From Pseudomonadota bacterium (GTDB taxonomy: Bacteria; Bdellovibrionota_B; Oligoflexia; Oligoflexales; RGVZ01), in assembly GCA_041178085.1 (NCBI GenBank), contig JBEGVZ010000042.1, positions 1-59,683 of the forward strand: a stretch of 59,683 bases of DNA, written 5' to 3'. The notes below the pieces were generated by a model. It did not search any database and was not told the DNA's origin. It saw only the letters and a program-made list of their open reading frames with translations. Below are positions 1-10,029 of the stretch, one piece after another (the first letter of the stretch is position 1; the number at the start of each line of letters is the position of its first letter). Position numbers and translations under genes: made by a program.

Positions 1-1707
1 CAAAAGCGGGTCTTCGATCCTTCGCCCGTCATGAAAATCATCCTTGCGACCAATATCGCTGAGAGTTCCCTTACGGTCGACGGAGTCAACATCGTCATCG
101 ATGCGGGCCTTGGGAAATTCCCGTCCCAGTCGCTTTGGGCAGGCTTGCCAGTACTAAAGCTTCAGAGGGTGAGCCAGGCGTCTTGCACTCAGCGCGCTGG
201 TCGCGCAGCGCGCCAAGGGCCAGGTGTGGTGGTACGCCTGTTTTCCGAAGCAGACTTTCGCGGACGTCCTGGGTTTGACCTGCCTGAAATCATGCGCCTT
301 GATTTGACTCAGACGCTGCTTGAAGTTGCATGTGTGGTGGATCGCTCAGGCCAGGGTCCGGCTCTCGATGTGGTTGGCAATCTGACTTGGGTGGATCCAC
401 CTGAAGGTTCGCGCGTGGCCGCCGGGGTTGCCCTTCTGGAGGCCCTCGGTGCAGTGGATGCGGATGGTCATGTGACCAAGGTCGGCCATGAAATGGCGCG
501 TTATCCGCTTCACCCGCGCCTTTCCCGCATCGTTGAAGAAGGCAAGCGTCGCGACTTACTTGCCGCGGCGGTGACCTTCGCTGCCAAGGTCAGCGAACAG
601 GCCCAGGGCGGCCGCGCCGGTGGTTACGGTTTTTCAGCCCTGTTCCAGCAGATTGCAAGGCTTGCCGGCGAGGGCAATTTGCAGCCGGTGGAGATTCCGT
701 CATCAGGAGCATCCCTTCAGGGTTTCACCCCCGTGATCTTGTCGGGATATGGCGACCGCGTCGCGCGCCGCGAAGGCGAACAGAACCATGCATCTTCTTA
801 CCGCCTGGCCGACGGGCGCACGTTTGCCATCAAGCAATCTGGCAGCGTGCTGCCCGAATGGCTTTGTCTGATTGATGCAGACGTCAGTCCTTCTGACCCG
901 TCGCGCATCATGCCCCGCGAATGGGTGGCCCTTGCCATGACTCCAGACTTTTCGGCATTGCGGGCTGTGGAAGGGCTGTGGAAAGAAGGTTCCGAAGTGG
1001 ACTGGGATACGGGTGCAACCGGCGCTGGTGGCCGCGTTCGCGGTTTCCAACGCATTCGTTACGGTGCTTTGGTCCTCAAAGAAATCCCCGCTGCCGTAGA
1101 CCCTGATCTGGCTGCAGCCCGCTTGCGGGACGAATTGCGGCGTGCGTGGCCTCGGCCCTTTGCCGATGCAGAGGAACTTCACCGCTGGGACCAACGCATT
1201 CGTATCCTCGCGGATCTTAACGGTGAATCCCCGCTGCTGGATTTGAGTGGTGGAGACTTTGAGTTTCTTCTCGACGCGATGGTCGAAGGAAAGTCTTCTT
1301 TCGCTGAAATCGCTGAAAGAAATTTGGGTGATTACGTCAAAGACCTCCTCGGCTATGCGGATGCCGAAAGAGTTTCGCGCGAGTGTCCGGAAAAGATGGA
1401 GTTGTCTTCAGGGCGTTCCGCGCTTGTTCACTACCGGACCGGACAACCGCCGTGGGTCGAAGGCAAGATCCAGGAGTTTTTTGGCGGCAAACCGCTGCCT
1501 GCCGTTTGTGGCGGGAAAGCAAAACTTGTCGTTCATTTGCTCGCGCCCAATAATCGCCCCGTCCAGGTAACAAGCGATCTTGAAGGATTCTGGACGAACC
1601 ACTACCCGGCCTTGCGGCGCGAACTGTCCCGGGATTATCCCAGGCATTTCTGGCCAGAGGATCCGCGTACCGCAGAGGCACGCGTGTTCCTTCGCCCTCG
1701 CCGTTAG
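1..1707 (+). CDS. hrpB: ATP-dependent RNA helicase HrpB, C-terminal part (5' end outside window)
   Basis: Frame is open from base 1. Motifs ILATNIAESSLTVDG, QRAGRAAR, HA2 region YPLHPRL and HrpB C-terminal HLLAPNNRPVQVTSDL..FW..YPRHFWPEDP. Confidence 0.93.
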   Translation, partial: QKRVFDPSPVMKIILATNIAESSLTVDGVNIVIDAGLGKFPSQSLWAGLPVLKLQRVSQASCTQRAGRAARQGPGVVVRLFSEADFRGRPGFDLPEIMRLDLTQTLLEVACVVDRSGQGPALDVVGNLTWVDPPEGSRVAAGVALLEALGAVDADGHVTKVGHEMARYPLHPRLSRIVEEGKRRDLLAAAVTFAAKVSEQAQGGRAGGYGFSALFQQIARLAGEGNLQPVEIPSSGASLQGFTPVILSGYGDRVARREGEQNHASSYRLADGRTFAIKQSGSVLPEWLCLIDADVSPSDPSRIMPREWVALAMTPDFSALRAVEGLWKEGSEVDWDTGATGAGGRVRGFQRIRYGALVLKEIPAAVDPDLAAARLRDELRRAWPRPFADAEELHRWDQRIRILADLNGESPLLDLSGGDFEFLLDAMVEGKSSFAEIAERNLGDYVKDLLGYADAERVSRECPEKMELSSGRSALVHYRTGQPPWVEGKIQEFFGGKPLPAVCGGKAKLVVHLLAPNNRPVQVTSDLEGFWTNHYPALRRELSRDYPRHFWPEDPRTAEARVFLRPRR

Positions 1708-1714
1708 CAATCTG

Positions 1715-2203
1715 TCAGAGTAGGGCTTCGATGTCCGCCGCCAGTGATTCAGGGGCGGCCTGAGGTGCGAAGCGCTTCACAACTTTGCCGTGTTGATCGA
1801 CCAGGAATTTTGTGAAGTTCCATTTGACTCCCTCACTGCCGAGGAGGCCGGGCGCTTCTGTCTTCAGTCGTTCGTAGAGTGGATGGGTCTTGGGGCCGTT
1901 GACGTCTATCTTGGCAAACATCGGAAAGCTGACGCTGTAACTCGTTGAGCAGAATTTTTTGATGTCGGCTTCGCCGCCCGGCTCTTGCTCGCCAAACTGG
2001 TTGCATGGAAAGCCCATGACGACCAACCCCTTGGGTCCAAGTTTTTTATAAAGCGCTTCAAGGCCAGTGTATTGGGGTGTGAAACCACACTTGCTGGCGA
2101 CGTTGACAATGAGCAGCACCTTTCCCTTCCAGGGGGCCAATGTGGTTTTTTCGCCGTCGATCGTCTTGACCGGAATGTCGTACAAGGAACCGCTCATCGC
2201 CAT
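1715..2203 (-). CDS. Glutathione peroxidase family protein (Cys-type)
   Basis: NVASKCGFT, GFPCNQFG and KWNFTKFL motifs; GAAGGAG RBS. Confidence 0.95.
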   Translation of the reverse strand: MAMSGSLYDIPVKTIDGEKTTLAPWKGKVLLIVNVASKCGFTPQYTGLEALYKKLGPKGLVVMGFPCNQFGEQEPGGEADIKKFCSTSYSVSFPMFAKIDVNGPKTHPLYERLKTEAPGLLGSEGVKWNFTKFLVDQHGKVVKRFAPQAAPESLAADIEALL

Positions 2204-2303
2204 ACTCCTTCAGGGTGCCGTCTAAACAACAGCAAGGGCGCGGGATCGCGCCTGTCCGTGGTATTCTTCAGATAACGCGGCTTGTTGGCAAGAGGCTAAA
2301 AAC

Positions 2304-3044
2304 GTGCGTGTTTTGATTTCAGCATGTCTGCTCAGTGCGGTGAAAATCCTGGCCATGGTTTTTTACCGCTTCGATGCCGGATGGATTGGTCGCATCCTGC
2401 CTGCTCGTGAATGGGCACGCATCCGGCTGGTGATTGTGCTCAACCACACCAGCCTGTTTGAGCCCGTTTACGGTGGTGCATTGCCATGGAGATTCATCTG
2501 GAACCTTGCGCGTGGCGCGACTTTTCCTGCGGCTGATATCACATTCAACCGGCCTTTGATTGGCAAGTTCTTCCGGTTTCTGGCACCGAGTGTCGTCTCG
2601 ATTACTCGCACGCGGGATGGGACCTGGACTGAATTTCTGAAGACTTGTAGCCCCGACTCCGTGGTCATGATCGCCCCTGAGGGCCGGATGAAGCGCCCTG
2701 ACGGACTGGATAAACACGGCCAGCCTATGACGGTTCGTGGTGGCGTGGCTGACATCCTTGCTGGCATGGACTGGGACGGGCTCATCCTGTTCGCCTACAG
2801 TGGGGGCTTGCATCACATCCATACCCCCGGCCAGGGGCTTCCCCGTCTTTTTCAGCGCGCGCGCATCAATTTTGAGGCGTTGGATCTGCAGGAATATCGG
2901 CGACTTGTTGGTGTGCCGCCGGCCGACCAGCAGAATCCCTCAGCGGAGCCCTACCGCAGTTACCGGAAACGTGTTATCTCCGACCTCGAGTCGCGTCGCG
3001 ACCGTTTCTGTCCAAATGCTTCTGGTGATCTGATTAACCAATAA
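2304..3044 (+). CDS. PlsC-like lysophospholipid acyltransferase family protein
   Basis: NHTSLFE (variant of NHxSxxD) and APEGR acyltransferase blocks. Confidence 0.75.
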   Translation: MRVLISACLLSAVKILAMVFYRFDAGWIGRILPAREWARIRLVIVLNHTSLFEPVYGGALPWRFIWNLARGATFPAADITFNRPLIGKFFRFLAPSVVSITRTRDGTWTEFLKTCSPDSVVMIAPEGRMKRPDGLDKHGQPMTVRGGVADILAGMDWDGLILFAYSGGLHHIHTPGQGLPRLFQRARINFEALDLQEYRRLVGVPPADQQNPSAEPYRSYRKRVISDLESRRDRFCPNASGDLINQ

Positions 3045-3056
3045 ATCCGGGTTCTT

Positions 3057-3659
3057 ATGGCGGGTTTTACGGAAAGTCTAGCGCTGGTTACGCTAAGCGA
3101 ACTGGGCGACAAGACCCAGCTCCTGGCAATTGTCCTGGCGGCGCGTTTTCGCAGGCCTTGGGCCGTGTTCTGGGGGATCGTGGTTGCGACCATGGCCAAC
3201 CACGCCCTTGCGGTCGCCAGTGGCGCCTACCTGGCAACCTTGATCCCGCAACAGTGGCTCCTCACGGGTCTTGGGGCGATATTCATCGGCTTTTCCCTGT
3301 GGCTTCTGGTTCCTGACAAGCTTGATGATGACGCCGTGGCGCACCGTGACGGAAAATCCGCTCGCCACTCCAGCCGGTTTGTCCGGGATTTCTGGCGTCC
3401 TTTCAGCGTGACGACATTTGCTTTTTTCCTGGCAGAGATGGGCGACAAAACCCAGCTTGCGACGGCCGCCTTGGGGGCGCGCTTTCCCGAAAGCGCCATT
3501 GTTGTGCTGATTGGCACGACCCTCGGCATGATCATCGCTGACGGACTGTCTGTCTGGTTTGGCAAGCAAATCGCCGAAAAGATTCCGATGAAGTGGATGC
3601 GTCTGTCGGCGGCGATAATGATGGCAGGTTTTGGCGTCGCTACGATTTTCTACGCCTGA
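3057..3659 (+). CDS. TMEM165/GDT1 (UPF0016) Mn2+/Ca2+ transporter
   Basis: Two E(L/M)GDKTQ motifs; multiple TM helices. Confidence 0.93.
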   Translation: MAGFTESLALVTLSELGDKTQLLAIVLAARFRRPWAVFWGIVVATMANHALAVASGAYLATLIPQQWLLTGLGAIFIGFSLWLLVPDKLDDDAVAHRDGKSARHSSRFVRDFWRPFSVTTFAFFLAEMGDKTQLATAALGARFPESAIVVLIGTTLGMIIADGLSVWFGKQIAEKIPMKWMRLSAAIMMAGFGVATIFYA

Positions 3660-3701
3660 ATTCATGCTATTCTTTTTCCGGACATCAATTCCGGAGTTGT
3701 C

Positions 3702-4559
3702 ATGAACTCAGCTCGTCATTTCGATCAATTGGCAGTCTGCTTATTTGGTGTTTCTCTATTTTTTGGGCCCTCGCAAAAGCTCCTGGCCCAGGGCAAGCCG
3801 TCCGATACCATCGAAGTTCGTCGTGAGTCTGGATACTCAGCTGACGCAAAGGTTGGATCTTATGGACAGCCTGAATGGACGGCTCACCGGCACTTTGCCA
3901 CTTCGCGCACCTATGTGATCCCTGAGGGTACCTTGGCGTTTGAATCGTGGGCCAAGATTCATCGCTACAAGGACGGCACTTTCAACGATACTTTGCTGCG
4001 CCAGGAAATTGAGTACGGTCTTACGAACCGGCTTCAACTGGATCTTTATGTGAACCAGATCAACGAAGTTCGCGACGGCAAACGGGTCTGGGATACGGAA
4101 GGCGTCCAGTACGAGGTTCGCTGGGCCATGGCGGACTGGGGCCAGCTTCCTGCTAATCCCACCTGGTACCTTGAGTATCACTGGGTGAAGAATGCTCCCG
4201 AAAAGGCAGAGGTGCGTTTACTGCTGGCCGACAACTTAGCCCCGGCGTGGCATTATTCCATCAACGCTGGATATGAAATCGAACTTTGGGGAGAAGAGCG
4301 CGAACGCGAGCTGATTGCAACGGCAGCCGTCGGCACGACCTCCTTGTTCCCGACTTTGTCCATCGGCGCTGAAATCAAGCGTGAGTGGGTCGACACCAAA
4401 GACAATCGCGGCCACATGCAAGGCGAAACAATGATCGGCCCGAGCTTCAACTGGCGGCCTGTTCGCTGGGCCCATCTGGATGTGGCACCTTTGTTCGGCC
4501 TGGAAGAAGACGCTCCGCGTAATGAGGTCTGGTTGATTGCAGGTGCGGAATTGAAATGA
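3702..4559 (+). CDS. Secreted predicted outer-membrane beta-barrel protein
   Basis: Signal peptide, amphipathic beta-strands (QEIEYGLTNRLQLDLY, IGPSFNWRP), terminal strand VWLIAGAELK. Confidence 0.6.
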   Translation: MNSARHFDQLAVCLFGVSLFFGPSQKLLAQGKPSDTIEVRRESGYSADAKVGSYGQPEWTAHRHFATSRTYVIPEGTLAFESWAKIHRYKDGTFNDTLLRQEIEYGLTNRLQLDLYVNQINEVRDGKRVWDTEGVQYEVRWAMADWGQLPANPTWYLEYHWVKNAPEKAEVRLLLADNLAPAWHYSINAGYEIELWGEERERELIATAAVGTTSLFPTLSIGAEIKREWVDTKDNRGHMQGETMIGPSFNWRPVRWAHLDVAPLFGLEEDAPRNEVWLIAGAELK

Positions 4560-4588
4560 CTTCTGCCTGTTGACCCTTGGTCAGCGCG

Positions 4589-5182
4589 TCAATGTGCGGC
4601 AAACCTGAAGCGTAGCTCGGCGCTGGATGCGATCGGCTGTCCGGCAGAGTTCCGAGCGGGCAGATATCTGGCGCCTTTAGCGGCCATCAAGGCTTCGTCG
4701 TCGATCCTGAATCCGCTGGGGTTCACGAGCTGTGTCCTCACAACCCGTCCGTCCTCATCCAGTGCCAGTTCCACGACCAGCAGACCAGTGAAACCAGCCG
4801 CAAGCGCGTCGGCTGTGAAGCGGGGGGGCTGGATGGTCTGGTACAGCAGGCGAGCCATGCCGCCAGCTCCGGCCAGCGATGAGCTTACGCCCTCTACCGG
4901 AGAATTTCTCCCTGAGTGTTGCGAAAGCTTGCTGGACTCGGTCAGGCGCTCCCTGCGCGCATCAAATTGGCCGGATTTTTTTGTGGCCCGGACATGGACC
5001 GTTGGGGGGAATTCCTGTTCCATGACTTGATGTGCGGCCAACCTTACCGTTACGAAATTTCCGTTCGATACTGGTCCGGAACGTCCGCTTCCGTTTTTCT
5101 GCGGTGACCCAAAAAACCAAATCCCACACAAGGTGTGCAGGGCCACGGAGGCAATAATGGGTTTTGGAAGCGAAATTCTCAT
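4589..5182 (-). CDS. TonB-family energy transducer
   Basis: N-terminal TM with SxxxH (ASVALH) and TonB C-domain (PPRF..A...G.LVVEL.LDEDGRV...IDDEAL..A). Confidence 0.8.
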   Translation of the reverse strand: MRISLPKPIIASVALHTLCGIWFFGSPQKNGSGRSGPVSNGNFVTVRLAAHQVMEQEFPPTVHVRATKKSGQFDARRERLTESSKLSQHSGRNSPVEGVSSSLAGAGGMARLLYQTIQPPRFTADALAAGFTGLLVVELALDEDGRVVRTQLVNPSGFRIDDEALMAAKGARYLPARNSAGQPIASSAELRFRFAAH

Positions 5183-5345
5183 GGGTCACCACCGGAGGTA
5201 TCGGCAGCGCGCGGCTCGGATGTTAGGTGAATTTGGTCTTTCGGCGAATTTCCCGCGTTATCTCAAAGAAGTCCGGATTTTGTCGGCGCCTGGGCTTTTA
5301 AACGAATTGATTTCGGGGGCTTATGGTCATCCTCTAAAACTTCGC

Positions 5346-5372
5346 TTTAGAAGCCCCTGCCAATGCCGATAA
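5346..5372 (+). promoter_or_regulatory. Putative sigma-28 (FliA) promoter
   Basis: Perfect -10 GCCGATAA (5365-5372), with TTTA 15 nt upstream; GGAGG RBS follows at 5388. Confidence 0.45.
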
Positions 5373-5397
5373 ACCTCCAGAAGTTTTGGAGGTTTCA

Positions 5398-5940
5398 TTG
5401 AGACGGCACTTGCATCTGCGCCGTGATTGGATCCGCGGAACCATTGCTGCGGCATTGGTCGCGACGACTCATGTCGCCTGCATGAAGCAAGCCGTTCTTT
5501 ACCAGCGCGCCAACACAAGCCCTTACGAACCCGGCGAATCCCGCATCATCATGCCTTTGTCGGATCACAATCTGGCAGAAATGGCAGCAAACCTTCGACA
5601 CGTCAGGTTGCTCGTCACCAACGGTACCACCACGCTCGGACCATCGGATCCCGTGACCATCACAGCGATCGACCGGAAATCAAGCCAGCCGGCATTCAGG
5701 ATGACGATGGCTGAGCTGGCCGAAGCGCACAAAAAGACCTCTTGCCCAGAGGCCGCTTATCGGGCGGAAGACGCAGTAAATCCCGTGTTCATTTTCTGCA
5801 ACAACTCACTGATCCCTGCGAATATCTCGGCATTCATCCTGGAAAAACAGGATGGCACGACCAAAAAAATTTCCAGTTCGGTAGTGATCGATTTGGATTC
5901 TCAGGAAGGCGTCGCGACGCACGCCTTGTGGTTTTTGTGA
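5398..5940 (+). CDS. Hypothetical lipoprotein
   Basis: TTG start after GGAGG; Arg-rich n-region, hydrophobic stretch, lipobox-like HVAC. Confidence 0.6.
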   Translation: MRRHLHLRRDWIRGTIAAALVATTHVACMKQAVLYQRANTSPYEPGESRIIMPLSDHNLAEMAANLRHVRLLVTNGTTTLGPSDPVTITAIDRKSSQPAFRMTMAELAEAHKKTSCPEAAYRAEDAVNPVFIFCNNSLIPANISAFILEKQDGTTKKISSSVVIDLDSQEGVATHALWFL

Positions 5941-5949
5941 TGGGAGCAG

Positions 5950-8900
5950 TTGGTGCTTAACACAAATCTGAAATTCATGGCGGGTTTCACTGGCAGGATT
6001 ATCGCTGCCTCTGCCCTGATTCTTTCAGGTTGCGAAAACATCTCCGGTTTCAAAGGCTACAACTCTCTTCGGGATTCAAAGCGTCCGGCCCGCATGGAGC
6101 GTATCGGTGAAACGGACGGCACCGCAGCGCAGGGCACGATTCCTGCCGACATCACGATTAAGCTCTCCTCCCAATCCCCTGATCAGGTAAATCGAGCATT
6201 TGACGTTGAAGTCACGGTAAGCGCGGATCACATACCGATGCGAGCTACTGACTTTGTCGCAACAAATGCGACCATCGATGGTTTCGGGGCTGCCAGCGAA
6301 GGCTACCGGATGTCGGTTCGTCCTGCCTCGGATGGTGTGGTTGAAATCACTGCTCCAGCCGGGGTCGTCAAGGGACTGAGCGGAAGCTCCAACTCAACTG
6401 CAGCCACGCTGCGCCGGATGATGGATGCAACTGCTCCGACGGCAAGCATGGAATGGCTGCCCCCCCTTCCTGGTGGGGACCCGCAGATATATCCGGTCAA
6501 GGTCACGGTTTCGGAACCACACAAGCCATTAACCGCTGCGGTTTTTGTTGTGACAAATGGTCAGTTGCAGGATTTCAATCCAGGCGTCGCAAATACTTAT
6601 ACCTTTAATGTCCGAATCCCTGCCGACGGATTGACCAAAGTCGCCCTGCCCGGTGGAAACGTGACGGACTTGGCAGGAAATTCTCTTGCAACAGCAGTCG
6701 AGATTTCGCGGAATATTGACCGGACTCCTCCAACGGCACGCATGAATTGGCGCCCTGTTGATCCGCCGCCCGGCAACGCTGCCACCGCTGGTGTGTCCGT
6801 CACCGTGTCAGAAGCACACGATCCCCTGTCCGCGTCGGACTTCTTGATCGTGAATGGCAGAATCAGCGGGTTTGCAGTGGTCAATCAAGGCTACCAATTC
6901 AATGTCGAGACCACGGTTGACGGCCCTGTCACCGTCACTTTGCCAGCTGGCAAGGTTCGTGACACCGCAGGTAACTTGACTGTGAGCGAAGCCAGAATAC
7001 AACGCGCGGTGGACCGGACACCCCCAGTTGTAACGATGAACTGGTCAGAAGCCAATCCGCCAGAGAACCTGCGGACTGTACCCGTTGTTGTCAACGTCAG
7101 CGAAGCTCATGTGGCTCTGAATTCGGGTGATTTCGTTGTCAGTAATGGCGCAATCAGCGAATTCGTCCCTCTTCCCGGATCCTACACTTTCAAGGTGACC
7201 ACCAGCTCCACGAGTGACGTCCTGGTTACCGTTACCCTGCCCGCCGGCAAAGTGAGAGATCATGCGGGCAACATGCAAGGCACGGCTTTGCAGGTGACAC
7301 GGGCATACCGGCGGATGGAGATTGCGAGTGGCCCGGTTGCCGCAAATGTTACGGTGAACCTGAACTACATTTGGTTTGTTGACTCACAGGCAAATACCCG
7401 GCGGATCCTCCTGGATGAGGCTCAGGGATATCCGATGGTCGAGTGGAACGGGGTTGGGCCTGGTGGCGGACACCGGACGTTTGTCAGCAGTGTGGGCTTG
7501 ATCATCGGTCAAACGGGTGGTCGGATTTACCGCGCAGACAGTGACGTCAAGTCGTCTACAGCAACTGCGACAAATTATGGGCCGATCCAGCAAATCTTTG
7601 ACTTGAGCCTGGGGGGCACCTCCCCCGTGGGCCGCGTGTGTGTGACAGCATTCAAGGACCGCTCCACTGGCGTAGAGTATGTCGGCGCCGGATACAGTAG
7701 CCTCAGGAACACAGTGAAATCCGCCCCACTGGTATTTAGTGCGGCAGAGCCACGATTCGCAACACTACCGGCAGCCTCCAACATGGCGGTTACACAGACA
7801 CGCCTTTACGATGCAGTCAGCGGTGATGTCGTACCGAACGATCGCTGGAGGTATTTGAATAGCACCAGCATCAAGATCGACGCCGTAGCCTTCAGGCCGG
7901 ATGCCCAGTACAGGGTGGACTACACGCTCTCGATCAATCAGCACCGGCGTCTTTTCCGACGAATGCCCATCGACAGGACTTTACCGACGAAAATCCGTAT
8001 CAGTGCGGCAGAGGAGTTCGATGCTGGCCCGGGAGGCGCGGCGGGAACCGCCAACGATTGGGGTTATAGCTGCTACACCGACCAGGGCAGGAATATTTTC
8101 TGGTCCAAGGGTTTCTCTACCAACGGCAACATATCCGGGATCAACGTGTTAACCGGCCAGGCTGTTCCCGTTTCTGAAGCTCCCAATCAAGGCGTGGTCA
8201 TAAACTCGCCAGCACTCGTTAATTTTGATCTTCGTGGCGCAGCATCACAATCGTACGCGCTTGCGGGCGGCGGTGCTGGCATTCTTTTGTCGGCCAGCGG
8301 AGCCTACACGTCCGCTTACGAGACTTCGTCCAATCTTGTCTTCATATCCTACCTGGGTCTCAGGCAGGTGCTCGTTGGCAAGGCTGAATGCTTCACGGGA
8401 GAAAAGTCAGGTTGCACGGGAGATGATATCAAGCGCTTCGATGCCGGCGCCATTCTTGGGCCGTTGAGTTCCCTGAACGATGGCAGGTTGGTCGGGATTT
8501 CCAGAGGAAATCCCAGTTCCGTTTACCTGGTCAAACCTCTCGTTCGAGGAGATCCCTCTGCGGGAATCGAGGTCAAACTCATCAAGTCGGTAAGCGGCGA
8601 CGGGTACATGTACACTGACTTCACTGGTGCAACGACTTATGTCAATGCCAAGGAGGTCACAGTGGACCTTCGGTCCAGACCCGGCTACCGCGCAGGCGAC
8701 GACTTTGTCCGCCCCGAAGTCATGTGGCATTCAGAGGCAGCGGATGGCGATCGTTGGCGGGGCTTGAGCATGTCGATCCGCTGCTACAAGTCCGGAGACG
8801 CCCCCCCGGCCTATCAAGGCATCGACAATGTCGCGTCATCAGGGGTGTGGTCTTTGGTTTCCGTGCCGTCCTGTTCAGGAGTTTACGATCAGGTCCAGAT

Positions 8901-8970
8901 AAAACTGGACGGGAACGGGGACGCAGATTTTTCGCGCGTCACAGAGGTTAGTTTCCGTGCGCGGCAATGA
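5950..8970 (+). CDS. Large surface lipoprotein with four bacterial Ig-like repeats and an unknown beta-rich C-terminal region
   Basis: Lipobox LSGC; about 98-aa repeats with V(T/N)VS, F.V.N(G/A), LPAG.V.D.AGN and D.T.P. Confidence 0.8.
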   Translation: MVLNTNLKFMAGFTGRIIAASALILSGCENISGFKGYNSLRDSKRPARMERIGETDGTAAQGTIPADITIKLSSQSPDQVNRAFDVEVTVSADHIPMRATDFVATNATIDGFGAASEGYRMSVRPASDGVVEITAPAGVVKGLSGSSNSTAATLRRMMDATAPTASMEWLPPLPGGDPQIYPVKVTVSEPHKPLTAAVFVVTNGQLQDFNPGVANTYTFNVRIPADGLTKVALPGGNVTDLAGNSLATAVEISRNIDRTPPTARMNWRPVDPPPGNAATAGVSVTVSEAHDPLSASDFLIVNGRISGFAVVNQGYQFNVETTVDGPVTVTLPAGKVRDTAGNLTVSEARIQRAVDRTPPVVTMNWSEANPPENLRTVPVVVNVSEAHVALNSGDFVVSNGAISEFVPLPGSYTFKVTTSSTSDVLVTVTLPAGKVRDHAGNMQGTALQVTRAYRRMEIASGPVAANVTVNLNYIWFVDSQANTRRILLDEAQGYPMVEWNGVGPGGGHRTFVSSVGLIIGQTGGRIYRADSDVKSSTATATNYGPIQQIFDLSLGGTSPVGRVCVTAFKDRSTGVEYVGAGYSSLRNTVKSAPLVFSAAEPRFATLPAASNMAVTQTRLYDAVSGDVVPNDRWRYLNSTSIKIDAVAFRPDAQYRVDYTLSINQHRRLFRRMPIDRTLPTKIRISAAEEFDAGPGGAAGTANDWGYSCYTDQGRNIFWSKGFSTNGNISGINVLTGQAVPVSEAPNQGVVINSPALVNFDLRGAASQSYALAGGGAGILLSASGAYTSAYETSSNLVFISYLGLRQVLVGKAECFTGEKSGCTGDDIKRFDAGAILGPLSSLNDGRLVGISRGNPSSVYLVKPLVRGDPSAGIEVKLIKSVSGDGYMYTDFTGATTYVNAKEVTVDLRSRPGYRAGDDFVRPEVMWHSEAADGDRWRGLSMSIRCYKSGDAPPAYQGIDNVASSGVWSLVSVPSCSGVYDQVQIKLDGNGDADFSRVTEVSFRARQ
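6151..7310 (+). repeat. Four degenerate tandem Ig-like coding repeats, 294-bp period
   Basis: D-x-T-x-P linker codons at 6424, 6718 and 7012, exactly 294 bp apart. Outer boundaries approximate. Confidence 0.8.
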
Positions 8971-8980
8971 CGAGGGTGCA

Positions 8981-9877
8981 ATGGTTCGCAGCAGGGTAAA
9001 AAAATCAACCGGCAGGGCAGCAATGTTCGCAGGGTGTGTTTTTGTCCTGACAGGATGTGGAGGTCGTTCTTCTGTGATCAGCCAGCGTTCCCAGGACGAT
9101 GTTGCCTTGGAGCAAAATGCAGCAGCAATTTCTTCTTTCGGTTTGCCTGACTATTGTTCCGCAAAGGTCGTCCCGGTGTCGGAGACGGCCCCAGTTCCCG
9201 GTGGGTCCGGAGCCCAAGTTTGTATCACTTGCCAGCCCGGTGAGATTGCGCGTTATTCCTGTTTCCTTGAAGAAAAACTGGACTTCAACCCCGCATCCGG
9301 TTGTCGCAAGACAATTGTCGGGGATCGTCATCTAATCGAGTGTGAGCGTAGCAAGCATTTTCCGTTCATGTTTGACTTGCGCCGGCACCGGGCGGAGATT
9401 TTGTTCCAGAAGTTGCCTGCGGTTTTGGACATGGTTGAATCATTTCTGGACGCGAAATTCAGGGCAGAGTCGAAAACTGACCCTGCGATCGTCAAGCTGG
9501 CCGGGGTTGGGATGAAGGTCGCCCGCACTCACGGTCGAAATATTCTCGCGGGCAAGGATCTTGACCTTGCTGCTGCGGCCTATGCCGGGGAGATCGCGAC
9601 TGCCCTGCCTGAATTGTCCGCCAACCGCGCTGGCATTGAACTCGCCGCTAAAAAGAGTTTCAGCAATCTTGCCGGGGTAGTTGCCGACGGTAATCTTATC
9701 GGTTCCGCGCTTTTGCCGGCGCTGGCCCCCCTCTCGGAGGCAATTCCGTCGTTAAGCCATTTCAAGTTTCTGGTCTCGGCTTTACTGGATCAGGATGGAA
9801 GGAAGGTCATCGAGGCCGCAATTGCCCCCTACAGCCCTGACATTGCGGGCAAATTGAGCGCGTTGCTGGAGAATTGA
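8981..9877 (+). CDS. Hypothetical lipoprotein with Cys-rich N-domain and helical C-domain
   Basis: Lipobox LTGC, six further Cys in the next ~95 aa; GAGGG RBS. Confidence 0.65.
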   Translation: MVRSRVKKSTGRAAMFAGCVFVLTGCGGRSSVISQRSQDDVALEQNAAAISSFGLPDYCSAKVVPVSETAPVPGGSGAQVCITCQPGEIARYSCFLEEKLDFNPASGCRKTIVGDRHLIECERSKHFPFMFDLRRHRAEILFQKLPAVLDMVESFLDAKFRAESKTDPAIVKLAGVGMKVARTHGRNILAGKDLDLAAAAYAGEIATALPELSANRAGIELAAKKSFSNLAGVVADGNLIGSALLPALAPLSEAIPSLSHFKFLVSALLDQDGRKVIEAAIAPYSPDIAGKLSALLEN

Positions 9878-10029
9878 ATCCTCCTCGTTCCTGTTTAAAA
9901 AGACATAGTAATTCCTTATCAGTTTTAAGGGCCCTCATCTTTGGTTTGCCTTTCTCCCATTCCTTGCATTAGGGAAGGGGGGCCAGAAATGGCTGGCATT
10001 TGGTTCAACCTGATTGAGGAGAAACGAAA

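Noticed and set aside
1715..2203. Possible selenocysteine in glutathione peroxidase
   Set aside because: Active-site codon is TGT (Cys); no in-frame TGA.
2204..3056. yybP-ykoY Mn riboswitch for the UPF0016 gene
   Set aside because: Only 12 nt precede the gene, and the upstream intergenic region lacks the GGGGAGTAG core.
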